This document shows, one piece after another, positions 1 to 13,599 of a stretch of DNA of 64,000 nt; within the stretch, counting starts at the first letter, position 1; each line of letters begins with the position of its first letter. Position numbers and translations under genes: made by a program. The DNA lies in NCBI GenBank assembly GCA_043228905.1, contig JBHGNT010000006.1, positions 310,001-374,000 of the forward strand. Direction: 5' to 3'. The notes below the pieces were generated by a model, which saw only the letters and a list, made by a program, of their open reading frames with translations, had not been told where the DNA came from and did not search any database. The DNA comes from Azolla caroliniana. Lineage: Eukaryota > Plantae > Polypodiophyta.

Positions 1-2360
1 TGTAATTTCTTCATGTCTCTCGACCTGAGTTTCAAAATCTTGATTTTTAAATTCCATATCATAGCTAGCGTTGTTAGCTTCGATTCGCATGTTTGAACAC
101 AAAAATCCGATATCACACGAGCCAGGTATGAACATTTTTATTTACTCAAGGGCTCCTCTCAACTCACTCCTCAAATTTTGTAATTACGTCATGTCTCTCG
201 ACCTGAGTTTCAAAATCTTGATTTTTTAATTCCATATCATAGCTAGCGTTGTTAGCTTCGATTCGCATATTTGTACTCAAAAATCCGATATCACACGAGC
301 CAGGTATGAACATTTTAATTTACCTACTAGCTCTTCTCAACTCACTCCTCAAATTTCGTAATTACGTCATGTCTCTCGACCTGAGTTTCAGAATCTTGAT
401 TTTTTAATTCCATATCATAGCTAGCGTTGTTAGCTTCGATTCGCATGTTTGAACACAAAAATCCGATATCACACGAGCCAGGTATGAACATTTTAATTTA
501 CCTACTAGCTCTTCTCAACTCAATCCTCAAATTTGGTAATTTCGTCATGTCTCTTGACCTGAGTTTCAAAATCTTGATTTTTTAATTCCATATCATAGCT
601 AGCGTTGTTAGCTTCGATTCGCATGTTTGAACACAAAAATCCGATATCACACGAGCCAGGTATGAACATTTTAATTTACCTACTAGCTCTTCTCAACTCA
701 ATCCTCAAATTTTCAAAATCTTGATTTTTTAATTCCATATCATAGCTAGCGTTGTTAGCTTTGATTCGCATATTTGTACTCAAAAATCCGATATCACACG
801 AGCCAGGTATGAAGATTTTAATTTACCTACTAGCTCCTCTCAACTCAATCCTCAAATTCGGTAATTTCGTCATGTCTCTCGACCTGAGTTTCAAAATCTT
901 GATTTTTTAATTCCATATCATAGCTAGCGTTGTTAGCTTCGATTCGCATGTTTGAACACAAAAATCCGATATCACACGAGCCAGGTATGAACATTTTTAT
1001 TTACTCAAGGGCTCCTCTCAACTCACTCCTCAAATTTGGTAATTTCTTCATGTCTCTCGACCTGAGTTTCAAAATCTTGATTTTTAAATTCCATATCATA
1101 GCTAGCGTTGTTAGCTTCGATTCGCATGTTTGAACACAAAAATCCGATATCACACGAGCCAGGTATGAACATTTTAATTTACCTACTAGCTCTTCTCAAC
1201 TCCATCCTCAAATTTGGTAATTTCGTCATGTCTCTCGACCTGAGTTTCAAAATCTTGATTTTTTAATTCCATATCATAGCTAGCGTTGTTAGCTTCGATT
1301 CGCATGTTTGAACACAAAAATCCGATATCACACGAGCCAGGTATGAACATTTTTATTTACTCAAGGGCTCCTCTCAACTCACTCATCAAATTTTGTAATT
1401 ATGTCATGTCTCTCGACCTGAGTTTCAAAATCTTGATTTTTTAATTCCATATCATAGCTAGCGTTGTTAGCTTCGATTCGCATGTTTGAACACAAAAATC
1501 CGATATCACACGAGCCAGGTATGAACATTTTTATTTACTCAAGGGCTCCTCTCAACTCACTCCTCAAATTTTGTAATTACGTCATGTCTCTCGACCTGAG
1601 TTTCAAAATCTTGATTTTTTAATTCCATATCATAGCTAGCGTTGTTAGCTTCGATTCGCATGTTTGAACACAAAAATCCGATATCACACGAGCCAGGTAT
1701 GAACATTTTTATTTACTCAAGGGCTCCTCTCAACTCACTCCTCAAATTTTGTAATTACGTCATGTCTCTCGACCTGAGTTTCAAAAACTTGATTTTTTAA
1801 TTCCATATCATAGCTAGCGTTGTTAGCTTCGATTCGCATATTTGTACTCAAAAATCCGATATCACACGACCCAGGTATGAACATTTTAATTTACCTACTA
1901 GCTCTTCTCAACTCACTCCTCAAATTTGGTAATTTCGTCATGTCTGTCGACCTGAGTTTCAAAATCTTGATTTTTTAATTCTATATGATAGCTAGCGTTG
2001 TTAGCTTCGATTCGCATGTTTGTACACAAAAATCCGATGTCACACGATCCAGGTATGAACATTTTTATTTACCTACTAGCTCTTCTCAACTCACTCCTCA
2101 AATTTTGTAATTTCTTCATGTCTCTCGACCTGAGTTTCAAAATCTTGATTTTTAAATTCCATATCATAGCTAGCGTTGTTAGCTTCGATTCGCATGTTTG
2201 AACACAAAAATCCGATATCACACGAGCCAGGTATGAACATTTTTATTTACTCAAGGGCTCCTCTCAACTCACTCCTCAAATTTTGTAATTACGTCATGTC
2301 TCTCGACCTGAGTTTCAAAATCTTGATTTTTTAATTCCATATCATAGCTAGCGTTGTTAG
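1..2360 (+). repeat. One copy (plus a little) of the 2,105-bp 12-mer HOR; window opens inside it
   Basis: Matches 6378 onward at offset 6377: deletion junction 710 vs 7087, ORFs 930 vs 7307 and 1998 vs 8375, same order of rare variants (CTCTTGAC, CTTTGATT, CTCCATCC, CTCATCAA, AAAAACTT, CTGTCGAC). Confidence 0.9.
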
Positions 2361-5300
2361 CTTCGATTCGCATGTTTGAACACAAAAATCCGATATCACA
2401 CGAGCCAGGTATCAACATTTTTATTTACTCAAGGGCTCCTCTCAACTCACTCCTCAAATTTGGTAATTACGTCATGTCTCTCGAGCTGAGTTTCAAAATC
2501 TTGATTTTTAAATTCCATATCATAGCTAGCGTTGTTAGCTTCGATTCGCATGTTTGAATACAAAAATCCGATGTCACACGAGCCAGGTATGAACATTTTT
2601 ATTTACTCAAGGGCTCCTCTCAACTCACTCCTCAAATTTGGTAATTTCGTCATGTCTCTCGACCTGAGTTTCAAAATCTTGATTTTTTAATTCCATATCA
2701 TAGCTAGCGTTGTTAGCTTCGTTTCGCATATTTGTACACAAAAATCCGATATCACACGAGCCAGGTATGAACATTTTAATTTACCTACTAGCTCTTCTCA
2801 ACTCACTCCTCAAATTTCGTAATTACGTCATGTCTCTCGACCTGAGTTTCAAAATCTTGATTTTTTAATTCCATATCATAGCTAGCGTTCTTAGCTTCGA
2901 TTCGCATGTTTGAACACAAAAATCCGATATCACACGAGCCAGGTATGAACATTTTAATTTACCTACTAGGTCTTCTCAACTCACTCCTCAAATTTGGTAA
3001 TTTCTTCATGTCTCTCGACCTGAGTTTCAGAATCTTGATTTTTTAATTCCATATCATAGCTAGCGTTGTTAGCTTCGATTCGCATATTTGAACACAAAAA
3101 TCCGATATCACACGAGCCAGGTATGAAGATTTTAATTTACATACTAGCTCCTCTCAACTCACTCCTCAAATTTGGTAATTTCGTCATGTCTCTCGACCTG
3201 AGTTTCAAAATCTTGATTTTTTAATTCCATATCATAGCTAGCGTTCTTAGCTTCGATTCGCATGTTTGAACACAAAAATCCGATATCACACGAGCCAGGT
3301 ATGAACATTTTAATTTACCTACTAGCTCTTCTCAACTCACTCCTCAAATTTGGTAATTTCTTCATGTCTCTCGACCTGAGTTTCAGAATCTTGATTTTTA
3401 AATTCCATATCATAGCTAGCGTTGTTAGCTTCGATTCGCATATTTGTACTCAAAAATCCGATATCACACGAGCCAGGTATGAAGATTTTAATTTACATAC
3501 TAGCTCCTCTCAACTCACTCCTCAAATTTGGTAATTTCGTCATGTCTCTCGACCTGAGTTTCAGAATCTTGATTTTTTAATTCTATATCATAGCTAGCGT
3601 TGTTAGCTTCGATTCGCATATTTGTACTCAAAAATCCGATATCACACGAGCCAGGTATGAACATTTTAATTTACCTACTAGCTCTTCTCAACTCAATCCT
3701 CAAATTTGGTAATTTCGTCATGTCTCTCGACCTGAGTTTCAAAATCTTGATTTTTTAATTCCATATTATAGCTAGCGTTGTTAGCTTCGTTTCGCATGTT
3801 TGTACACAAAAATCCGATATCACACGAGCCAGGTATGAACATTTTAATTTACCTACTAGGTCTTCTCAACTCACTCCTCAAATTTGGTAATTTCTTCATG
3901 TCTCTCGACCTGAGTTTCAGAATCTTGATTTTTTAATTCCATATCATAGCTAGCGTTGTTAGCTTCGATTCGCATGTTTGAACACAAAAATCCGATATAA
4001 CACGAGCCAGGTATGAACATTTTAATTTACCTACTCGCTCTTCTCAACTCACTCCTCAAATTTGGTAATTTCTTCATGTCTCTCGACCTGAGTTTCAGAA
4101 TCTTGATTTTTAAATTCCATATCATAGCTAGCGTTGTTAGCTTCGATTCGCATATTTGTACTCAAAAATCCGATATCACACGAGCTAGGTATGAAGATTT
4201 TAATTTACCTACTAGCTCCTCTCAACTCACTCCTCAAATTTGGTAATTTCGTCATGTCTCTCGACCTGAGTTTCAGAATCTTGATTTTTTAATTCTATAT
4301 CATAGCTAGCGTTGTTAGCTTCGATTCGCATATTTGTACTCAAAAATCCGATATCACACGAGCCAGGTATGAACATTTTAATTTACCTACTAGCTCTTCT
4401 CAACTCAATCCTCAAATTTGGTAATTTCGTCATGTCTCTCGACCTGAGTTTCAAAATCTTGATTTTTTAATTCCATATCATAGCTAGCGTTGTTAGCTTC
4501 GATTCGCATGTTTGAACACAAAAATCCGATATCACACGAGCCAGGTATGAACATTTTTATTTACTCAAGGGCTCCTCTCAACTCACTCCTCAAATTTGGT
4601 ATTTTCTTCATGTCTCTCGACCTGAGTTTCAAAATCTTGATTTTTAAATTCCATATCATAGCTAGCGTTGTTAGCTTCGATTCGCATGTTTGAACACAAA
4701 AATCCGATATCACACGAGCCAGGTATGAACATTTTAATTTACCTACTAGCTCTTCTCAACTCAATCCTCAAATTTGGTAATTTCGTCATGTCTCTCGACC
4801 TGAGTTTCAAAATCTTGATTTTTTAATTCCATATCATAGCTAGCGTTGTTAGCTTCGATTCGCATGTTTGAACACAAAAATCCGATATCACACGAGCCAG
4901 GTATGAACATTTTTATTTACTCAAGGGCTCCTCTCAACTCAGTCCTCAAATTTGGTAATTTCGTCATGTCTCTCGACCTGAGTTTCAAAATCTTGATTTT
5001 TTAATTCCATATCATAGCTAGCGTTGTTAGCTTCGATTCGCATATTTGTACTCAAAAATCCGATATCACACGACCCAGGTAGGAACATTTTAATTTACCT
5101 ACTAGCTCTTCTCAACTCAGTCCTCAAATTTGGTAATTTCGTCATGTCTCTCGACCTGAGTTTCAAAATCTTGATTTTTTAATTCTATATGATAGCTAGC
5201 GTTGTTAGCTTCGATTCGCATGTTTGTACACAAAAATCCGATGTCACACGAACCAGGTATGATCATTTTTATTTACCTACTAGCTCTTCTCAACTCACTC

Positions 5301-5674
5301 CTCAAATTTGGTAATTTCTTCATGTCTCTCGACCTGAGTTTCAAAATCTTGATTTTTTAATTCCATATCATAGCTAGCGTTGTTAGCTTCGATTCGCATG
5401 TTTGAACACAAAAATCCGATATCACACGAGCCAGGTATGAACATTTTTATTTACTCAAGGGCTCCTCTCAACTCACTCCTCAAATTTTGTAATTACGTCA
5501 TGTCTCTCGACCTGAGTTTCAAAATCTTGATTTTTTAATTCTATATCATAGCTAGCGTTGTTAGCTTCGATTCGCATATTTGTACTCAAAAATCCGATAT
5601 CACACGACCCAGGTATGAACATTTTAATTTACCTACTAGCTCTTCTCAACTCAGTCCTCAAATTTGGTAATTTC

Positions 5675-8600
5675 GTCATGTCTCTCGACCTGAGTTTCAA
5701 AATCTTGATTTTTTAATTCCATATCATAGCTAGCGTTGTTAGCTTCGATTCGCATGTTTGAACACAAAAATCCGATATCACACGAGCCAGGTATGAACAT
5801 TTTTATTTACTCAAGGGCTCCTCTCAACTCACTCCTCAAATTTTGTAATTACGTCATGTCTCTCGACCTGAGTTTCAAAATCTTGATTTTTTAATTCCAT
5901 ATCATAGCTAGCGTTGTTAGCTTCGATTCGCATGTTTGAACACAAAAATCCGATATCACACGAGCCAGGTATGAACATTTTTATTTACTCAAGGGCTCCT
6001 CTCAACTCACTCCTCAAATTTTGTAATTACGTCATGTCTCTCGACCTGAGTTTCAAAAACTTGATTTTTTAATTCCATATCATAGCTAGCGTTGTTAGCT
6101 TCGATTCGCATATTTGTACTCAAAAATCCGATATCACACGACCCAGGTATGAACATTTTAATTTACCTACTAGCTCTTCTCAACTCACTCCTCAAATTTG
6201 GTAATTTCGTCATGTCTGTCGACCTGAGTTTCAAAATCTTGATTTTTTAATTCTATATGATAGCTAGCGTTGTTAGCTTCGATTCGCATGTTTGTACACA
6301 AAAATCCGATGTCACACGATCCAGGTATGAACATTTTTATTTACCTACTAGCTCTTCTCAACTCACTCCTCAAATTTTGTAATTTCTTCATGTCTCTCGA
6401 CCTGAGTTTCAAAATCTTGATTTTTAAATTCCATATCATAGCTAGCGTTGTTAGCTTCGATTCGCATGTTTGAACACAAAAATCCGATATCACACGAGCC
6501 AGGTATGAACATTTTTATTTACTCAAGGGCTCCTCTCAACTCACTCCTCAAATTTTGTAATTACGTCATGTCTCTCGACCTGAGTTTCAAAATCTTGATT
6601 TTTTAATTCCATATCATAGCTAGCGTTGTTAGCTTCGATTCGCATATTTGTACTCAAAAATCCGATATCACACGAGCCAGGTATGAACATTTTAATTTAC
6701 CTACTAGCTCTTCTCAACTCACTCCTCAAATTTCGTAATTACGTCATGTCTCTCGACCTGAGTTTCAGAATCTTGATTTTTTAATTCCATATCATAGCTA
6801 GCGTTGTTAGCTTCGATTCGCATGTTTGAACACAAAAATCCGATATCACACGAGCCAGGTATGAACATTTTAATTTACCTACTAGCTCTTCTCAACTCAA
6901 TCCTCAAATTTGGTAATTTCGTCATGTCTCTTGACCTGAGTTTCAAAATCTTGATTTTTTAATTCCATATCATAGCTAGCGTTGTTAGCTTCGATTCGCA
7001 TGTTTGAACACAAAAATCCGATATCACACGAGCCAGGTATGAACATTTTAATTTACCTACTAGCTCTTCTCAACTCAATCCTCAAATTTTCAAAATCTTG
7101 ATTTTTTAATTCCATATCATAGCTAGCGTTGTTAGCTTTGATTCGCATATTTGTACTCAAAAATCCGATATCACACGAGCCAGGTATGAAGATTTTAATT
7201 TACCTACTAGCTCCTCTCAACTCAATCCTCAAATTCGGTAATTTCGTCATCTCTCTCGACCTGAGTTTCAAAATCTTGATTTTTTAATTCCATATCATAG
7301 CTAGCGTTGTTAGCTTCGATTCGCATGTTTGAACACAAAAATCCGATATCACACGAGCCAGGTATGAACATTTTTATTTACTCAAGGGCTCCTCTCAACT
7401 CACTCCTCAAATTTGGTAATGTCTTCATGTCTCTCGACCTGAGTTTCAAAATCTTGATTTTTAAATTCCATATCATAGCTAGCGTTGTTAGCTTCGATTC
7501 GCATGTTTGAACACAAAAATCCGATATCACACGAGCCAGGTATGAACATTTTAATTTACCTACTAGCTCTTCTCAACTCCATCCTCAAATTTGGTAATTT
7601 CGTCATGTCTCTCGACCTGAGTTTCAAAATCTTGATTTTTTAATTCCATATCATAGCTAGCGTTGTTAGCTTCGATTCGCATGTTTGAACACAAAAATCC
7701 GATATCACACGAGCCAGGTATGAACATTTTTATTTACTCATGGGCTCCTCTCAACTCACTCATCAAATTTTGTAATTATGTCATGTCTCTCGACCTGAGT
7801 TTCAAAATCTTGATTTTTTAATTCCATATCATAGCTAGCGTTGTTAGCTTCGATTCGCATGTTTGAACACAAAAATCCGATATCACACGAGCCAGGTATG
7901 AACATTTTTATTTACTCAAGGGCTCCTCTCAACTCACTCCTCAAATTTTGTAATTACGTCATGTCTCTCGACCTGAGTTTCAAAATCTTGATTTTTTAAT
8001 TCCATATCATAGCTAGCGTTGTTAGCTTCGATTCGCATGTTTGAACACAAAAATCCGATATCACACGAGCCAGGTATGAACATTTTTATTTACTCAAGGG
8101 CTCCTCTCAACTCACTCCTCAAATTTTGTAATTACGTCATGTCTCTCGACCTGAGTTTCAAAAACTTGATTTTTTAATTCCATATCATAGCTAGCGTTGT
8201 TAGCTTCGATTCGCATATTTGTACTCAAAAATCCGATATCACACGACCCAGGTATGAACATTTTAATTTACCTACTAGCTCTTCTCAACTCACTCCTCAA
8301 ATTTGGTAATTTCGTCATGTCTGTCGACCTGAGTTTCAAAATCTTGATTTTTTAATTCTATATGATAGCTAGCGTTGTTAGCTTCGATTCGCATGTTTGT
8401 ACACAAAAATCCGATGTCACACGATCCAGGTATGAACATTTTTATTTACCTACTAGCTCTTCTCAACTCACTCCTCAAATTTTGTAATTTCTTCATGTCT
8501 CTCGACCTGAGTTTCAAAATCTTGATTTTTAAATTCCATATCATAGCTAGCGTTGTTAGCTTCGATTCGCATGTTTGAACACAAAAATCCGATATCACAC

Positions 8601-11600
8601 GAGCCAGGTATGAACATTTTTATTTACTCAAGGGCTCCTCTCAACTCACTCCTCAAATTTTGTAATTACGTCATGTCTCTCGACCTGAGTTTCAAAATCT
8701 TGATTTTTTAATTCCATATCATAGCTAGCGTTGTTAGCTTCGATTCGCATATTTGTACTCAAAAATCCGATATCACACGAGCCAGGTATGAACATTTTAA
8801 TTTACCTACTAGCTCTTCTCAACTCACTCCTCAAATTTCGTAATTACGTCATGTCTCTCGACCTGAGTTTCAGAATCTTGATTTTTTAATTCCATATCAT
8901 AGCTAGCGTTGTTAGCTTCGATTCGCATGTTTGAACACAAAAATCCGATATCACACGAGCCAGGTATGAACATTTTAATTTACCTACTAGCTCTTCTCAA
9001 CTCAATCCTCAAATTTGGTAATTTCGTCATGTCTCTTGACCTGAGTTTCAAAATCTTGATTTTTTAATTCCATATCATAGCTAGCGTTGTTAGCTTCGAT
9101 TCGCATGTTTGAACACAAAAATCCGATATCACACGAGCCAGGTATGAACATTTTAATTTACCTACTAGCTCTTCTCAACTCAATCCTCAAATTTTCAAAA
9201 TCTTGATTTTTTAATTCCATATCATAGCTAGCGTTGTTAGCTTTGATTCGCATATTTGTACTCAAAAATCCGATATCACACGAGCCAGGTATGAAGATTT
9301 TAATTTACCTACTAGCTCCTCTCAACTCAATCCTCAAATTCGGTAATTTCGTCATGTCTCTCGACCTGAGTTTCAAAATCTTGATTTTTTAATTCCATAT
9401 CATAGCTAGCGTTGTTAGCTTCGATTCGCATGTTTGAACACAAAAATCCGATATCACACGAGCCAGGTATGAACATTTTTATTTACTCAAGGGCTCCTCT
9501 CAACTCACTCCTCAAATTTGGTAATTTCTTCATGTCTCTCGACCTGAGTTTCAAAATCTTGATTTTTAAATTCCATATCATAGCTAGCGTTGTTAGCTTC
9601 GATTCGCATGTTTGAACACAAAAATCCGATATCACACGAGCCAGGTATGAACATTTTAATTTACCTACTAGCTCTTCTCAACTCCATCCTCAAATTTGGT
9701 AATTTCGTCATGTCTCTCGACCTGAGTTTCAAAATCTTGATTTTTTAATTCCATATCATAGCTAGCGTTGTTAGCTTCGATTCGCATGTTTGAACACAAA
9801 AATCCGATATCACACGAGCCAGGTATGAACATTTTTATTTACTCAAGGGCTCCTCTCAACTCACTCATCAAATTTTGTAATTATGTCATGTCTCTCGACC
9901 TGAGTTTCAAAATCTTGATTTTTTAATTCCATATCATAGCTAGCGTTGTTAGCTTCCATTCGCATGTTTGAACACAAAAATCCGATATCACACGAGCCAG
10001 GTATGAACATTTTTATTTACTCAAGGGCTCCTCTCAACTCACTCCTCAAATTTTGTAATTACGTCATGTCTCTCGACCTGAGTTTCAAAATCTTGATTTT
10101 TTAATTCCATATCATAGCTAGCGTTGTTAGCTTCGATTCGCATGTTTGAACACAAAAATCCGATATCACACGAGCCAGGTATGAACATTTTTATTTACTC
10201 AAGGGCTCCTCTCAACTCACTCCTCAAATTTTGTAATTACGTCATGTCTCTCGACCTGAGTTTCAAAAACTTGATTTTTTAATTCCATATCATAGCTAGC
10301 GTTGTTAGCTTCGATTCGCATATTTGTACTCAAAAATCCGATATCACACGACCCAGGTATGAACATTTTAATTTACCTACTAGCTCTTCTCAACTCACTC
10401 CTCAAATTTGGTAATTTCGTCATGTCTGTCGACCTGAGTTTCAAAATCTTGATTTTTTAATTCTATATGATAGCTAGCGTTGTTAGCTTCGATTCGCATG
10501 TTTGTACACAAAAATCCGATGTCACACGATCCAGGTATGAACATTTTTATTTACCTACTAGCTCTTCTCAACTCACTCCTCAAATTTTGTAATTTCTTCA
10601 TGTCTCTCGACCTGAGTTTCAAAATCTTGATTTTTAAATTCCATATCATAGCTAGCGTTGTTAGCTTCGATTCGCATGTTTGAACACAAAAATCCGATAT
10701 CACACGAGCCAGGTATGAACATTTTTATTTACTCAAGGGCTCCTCTCAACTCACTCCTCAAATTTTGTAATTACGTCATGTCTCTCGACCTGAGTTTCAA
10801 AATCTTGATTTTTTAATTCCATATCATAGCTAGCGTTGTTAGCTTCGATTCGCATATTTGTACTCAAAAATCCGATATCACACGAGCCAGGTATGAACAT
10901 TTTAATTTACCTACTAGCTCTTCTCAACTCACTCCTCAAATTTCGTAATTACGTCATGTCTCTCGACCTGAGTTTCAGAATCTTGATTTTTTAATTCCAT
11001 ATCATAGCTAGCGTTGTTAGCTTCGATTCGCATGTTTGAACACAAAAATCCGATATCACACGAGCCAGGTATGAACATTTTAATTTACCTACTAGCTCTT
11101 CTCAACTCAATCCTCAAATTTGGTAATTTCGTCATGTCTCTTGACCTGAGTTTCAAAATCTTGATTTTTTAATTCCATATCATAGCTAGCGTTGTTAGCT
11201 TCGATTCGCATGTTTGAACACAAAAATCCGATATCACACGAGCCAGGTATGAACATTTTAATTTACCTACTAGCTCTTCTCAACTCAATCCTCAAATTTT
11301 CAAAATCTTGATTTTTTAATTCCATATCATAGCTAGCGTTGTTAGCTTTGATTCGCATATTTGTACTCAAAAATCCGATATCACACGAGCCAGGTATGAA
11401 GATTTTAATTTACCTACTAGCTCCTCTCAACTCAATCCTCAAATTCGGTAATTTCGTCATGTCTCTCGACCTGAGTTTCAAAATCTTGATTTTTTAATTC
11501 CATATCATAGCTAGCGTTGTTAGCTTCGATTCGCATGTTTGAACACAAAAATCCGATATCACACGAGCCAGGTATGAACATTTTTATTTACTCAAGGGCT

Positions 11601-13550
11601 CCTCTCAACTCACTCCTCAAATTTGGTAATTTCTTCATGTCTCTCGACCTGAGTTTCAAAATCTTGATTTTTAAATTCCATATCATAGCTAGCGTTGTTA
11701 GCTTCGATTCGCATGTTTGAACACAAAAATCCGATATCACACGAGCCAGGTATGAACATTTTAATTTACCTACTAGCTCTTCTCAACTCCATCCTCAAAT
11801 TTGGTAATTTCGTCATGTCTCTCGACCTGAGTTTCAAAATCTTGATTTTTTAATTCCATATCATAGCTAGCGTTGTTAGCTTCGATTCGCATGTTTGAAC
11901 ACAAAAATCCGATATCACACGAGCCAGGTATGAACATTTTTATTTACTCAAGGGCTCCTCTCAACTCACTCATCAAATTTTGTAATTATGTCATGTCTCT
12001 CGACCTGAGTTTCAAAATCTTGATTTTTTAATTCCATATCATAGCTAGCGTTGTTAGCTTCGATTCGCATGTTTGAACACAAAAATCCGATATCACACGA
12101 GCCAGGTATGAACATTTTTATTTACTCAAGGGCTCCTCTCAACTCACTCCTCAAATTTTGTAATTACGTCATGTCTCTCGACCTGAGTTTCAAAATCTTG
12201 ATTTTTTAATTCCATATCATAGCTAGCGTTGTTAGCTTCGATTCGCATGTTTGAACACAAAAATCCGATATCACACGAGCCAGGTATGAACATTTTTATT
12301 TACTCAAGGGCTCCTCTCAACTCACTCCTCAAATTTTGTAATTACGTCATGTCTCTCGACCTGAGTTTCAAAAACTTGATTTTTTAATTCCATATCATAG
12401 CTAGCGTTGTTAGCTTCGATTCGCATATTTGTACTCAAAAATCCGATATCACACGACCCAGGTATGAACATTTTAATTTACCTACTAGCTCTTCTCAACT
12501 CACTCCTCAAATTTGGTAATTTCGTCATGTCTGTCGACCTGAGTTTCAAAATCTTGATTTTTTAATTCTATATGATAGCTAGCGTTGTTAGCTTCGATTC
12601 GCATGTTTGTACACAAAAATCCGATGTCACACGATCCAGGTATGAACATTTTTATTTACCTACTAGCTCTTCTCAACTCACTCCTCAAATTTTGTAATTT
12701 CTTCATGTCTCTCGACCTGAGTTTCAAAATCTTGATTTTTAAATTCCATATCATAGCTAGCGTTGTTAGCTTCGATTCGCATGTTTGAACACAAAAATCC
12801 GATATCACACGAGCCAGGTATGAACATTTTTATTTACTCAAGGGCTCCTCTCAACTCACTCCTCAAATTTTGTAATTACGTCATGTCTCTCGACCTGAGT
12901 TTCAAAATCTTGATTTTTTAATTCCATATCATAGCTAGCGTTGTTAGCTTCGATTCGCATATTTGTACTCAAAAATCCGATATCACACGAGCCAGGTATG
13001 AACATTTTAATTTACCTACTAGCTCTTCTCAACTCACTCCTCAAATTTCGTAATTACGTCATGTCTCTCGACCTGAGTTTCAGAATCTTGATTTTTTAAT
13101 TCCATATCATAGCTAGCGTTGTTAGCTTCGATTCGCATGTTTGAACACAAAAATCCGATATCACACGAGCCAGGTATGAACATTTTAATTTACCTACTAG
13201 CTCTTCTCAACTCAATCCTCAAATTTGGTAATTTCGTCATGTCTCTTGACCTGAGTTTCAAAATCTTGATTTTTTAATTCCATATCATAGCTAGCGTTGT
13301 TAGCTTCGATTCGCATGTTTGAACACAAAAATCCGATATCACACGAGCCAGGTATGAACATTTTAATTTACCTACTAGCTCTTCTCAACTCAATCCTCAA
13401 ATTTTCAAAATCTTGATTTTTTAATTCCATATCATAGCTAGCGTTGTTAGCTTTGATTCGCATATTTGTACTCAAAAATCCGATATCACACGAGCCAGGT
13501 ATGAAGATTTTAATTTACCTACTAGCTCCTCTCAACTCAATCCTCAAATT
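5675..13550 (+). repeat. 2,105-bp higher-order repeat array (11 x 178 + 1 x 147 bp), about 3.7 units
   Basis: 31-bp deletion junctions at 7087, 9192, 11297, 13402; GTCGAC at 6218, 8323, 10428, 12533; ORFs at 6270, 8375, 10480, 12585. All are spaced exactly 2105 bp. Confidence 0.95.
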
Positions 13551-13599
13551 TGGTAATTTCGTCATGTCTCTCGACCTGAGTTTCAAAATCTTGATTTTT

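Noticed and set aside
78-95. CENP-B box (CTTCGATTCGCATG...)
   Set aside because: Only the TTCG start matches; the required A and CGGG positions of NTTCGNNNNANNCGGGN are absent.
155-175. CTCAACTCACTCCTCAAA microsatellite-like tract
   Set aside because: It is a fixed-length low-complexity part of the monomer with no copy-number variation.
1-178. Arabidopsis thaliana CEN178/CEN180 identity because of the length
   Set aside because: The sequence lacks the AAGCTT HindIII site and the GAAGCAAGAAGAAGG-type motif I recall for that consensus on either strand; only the length agrees.
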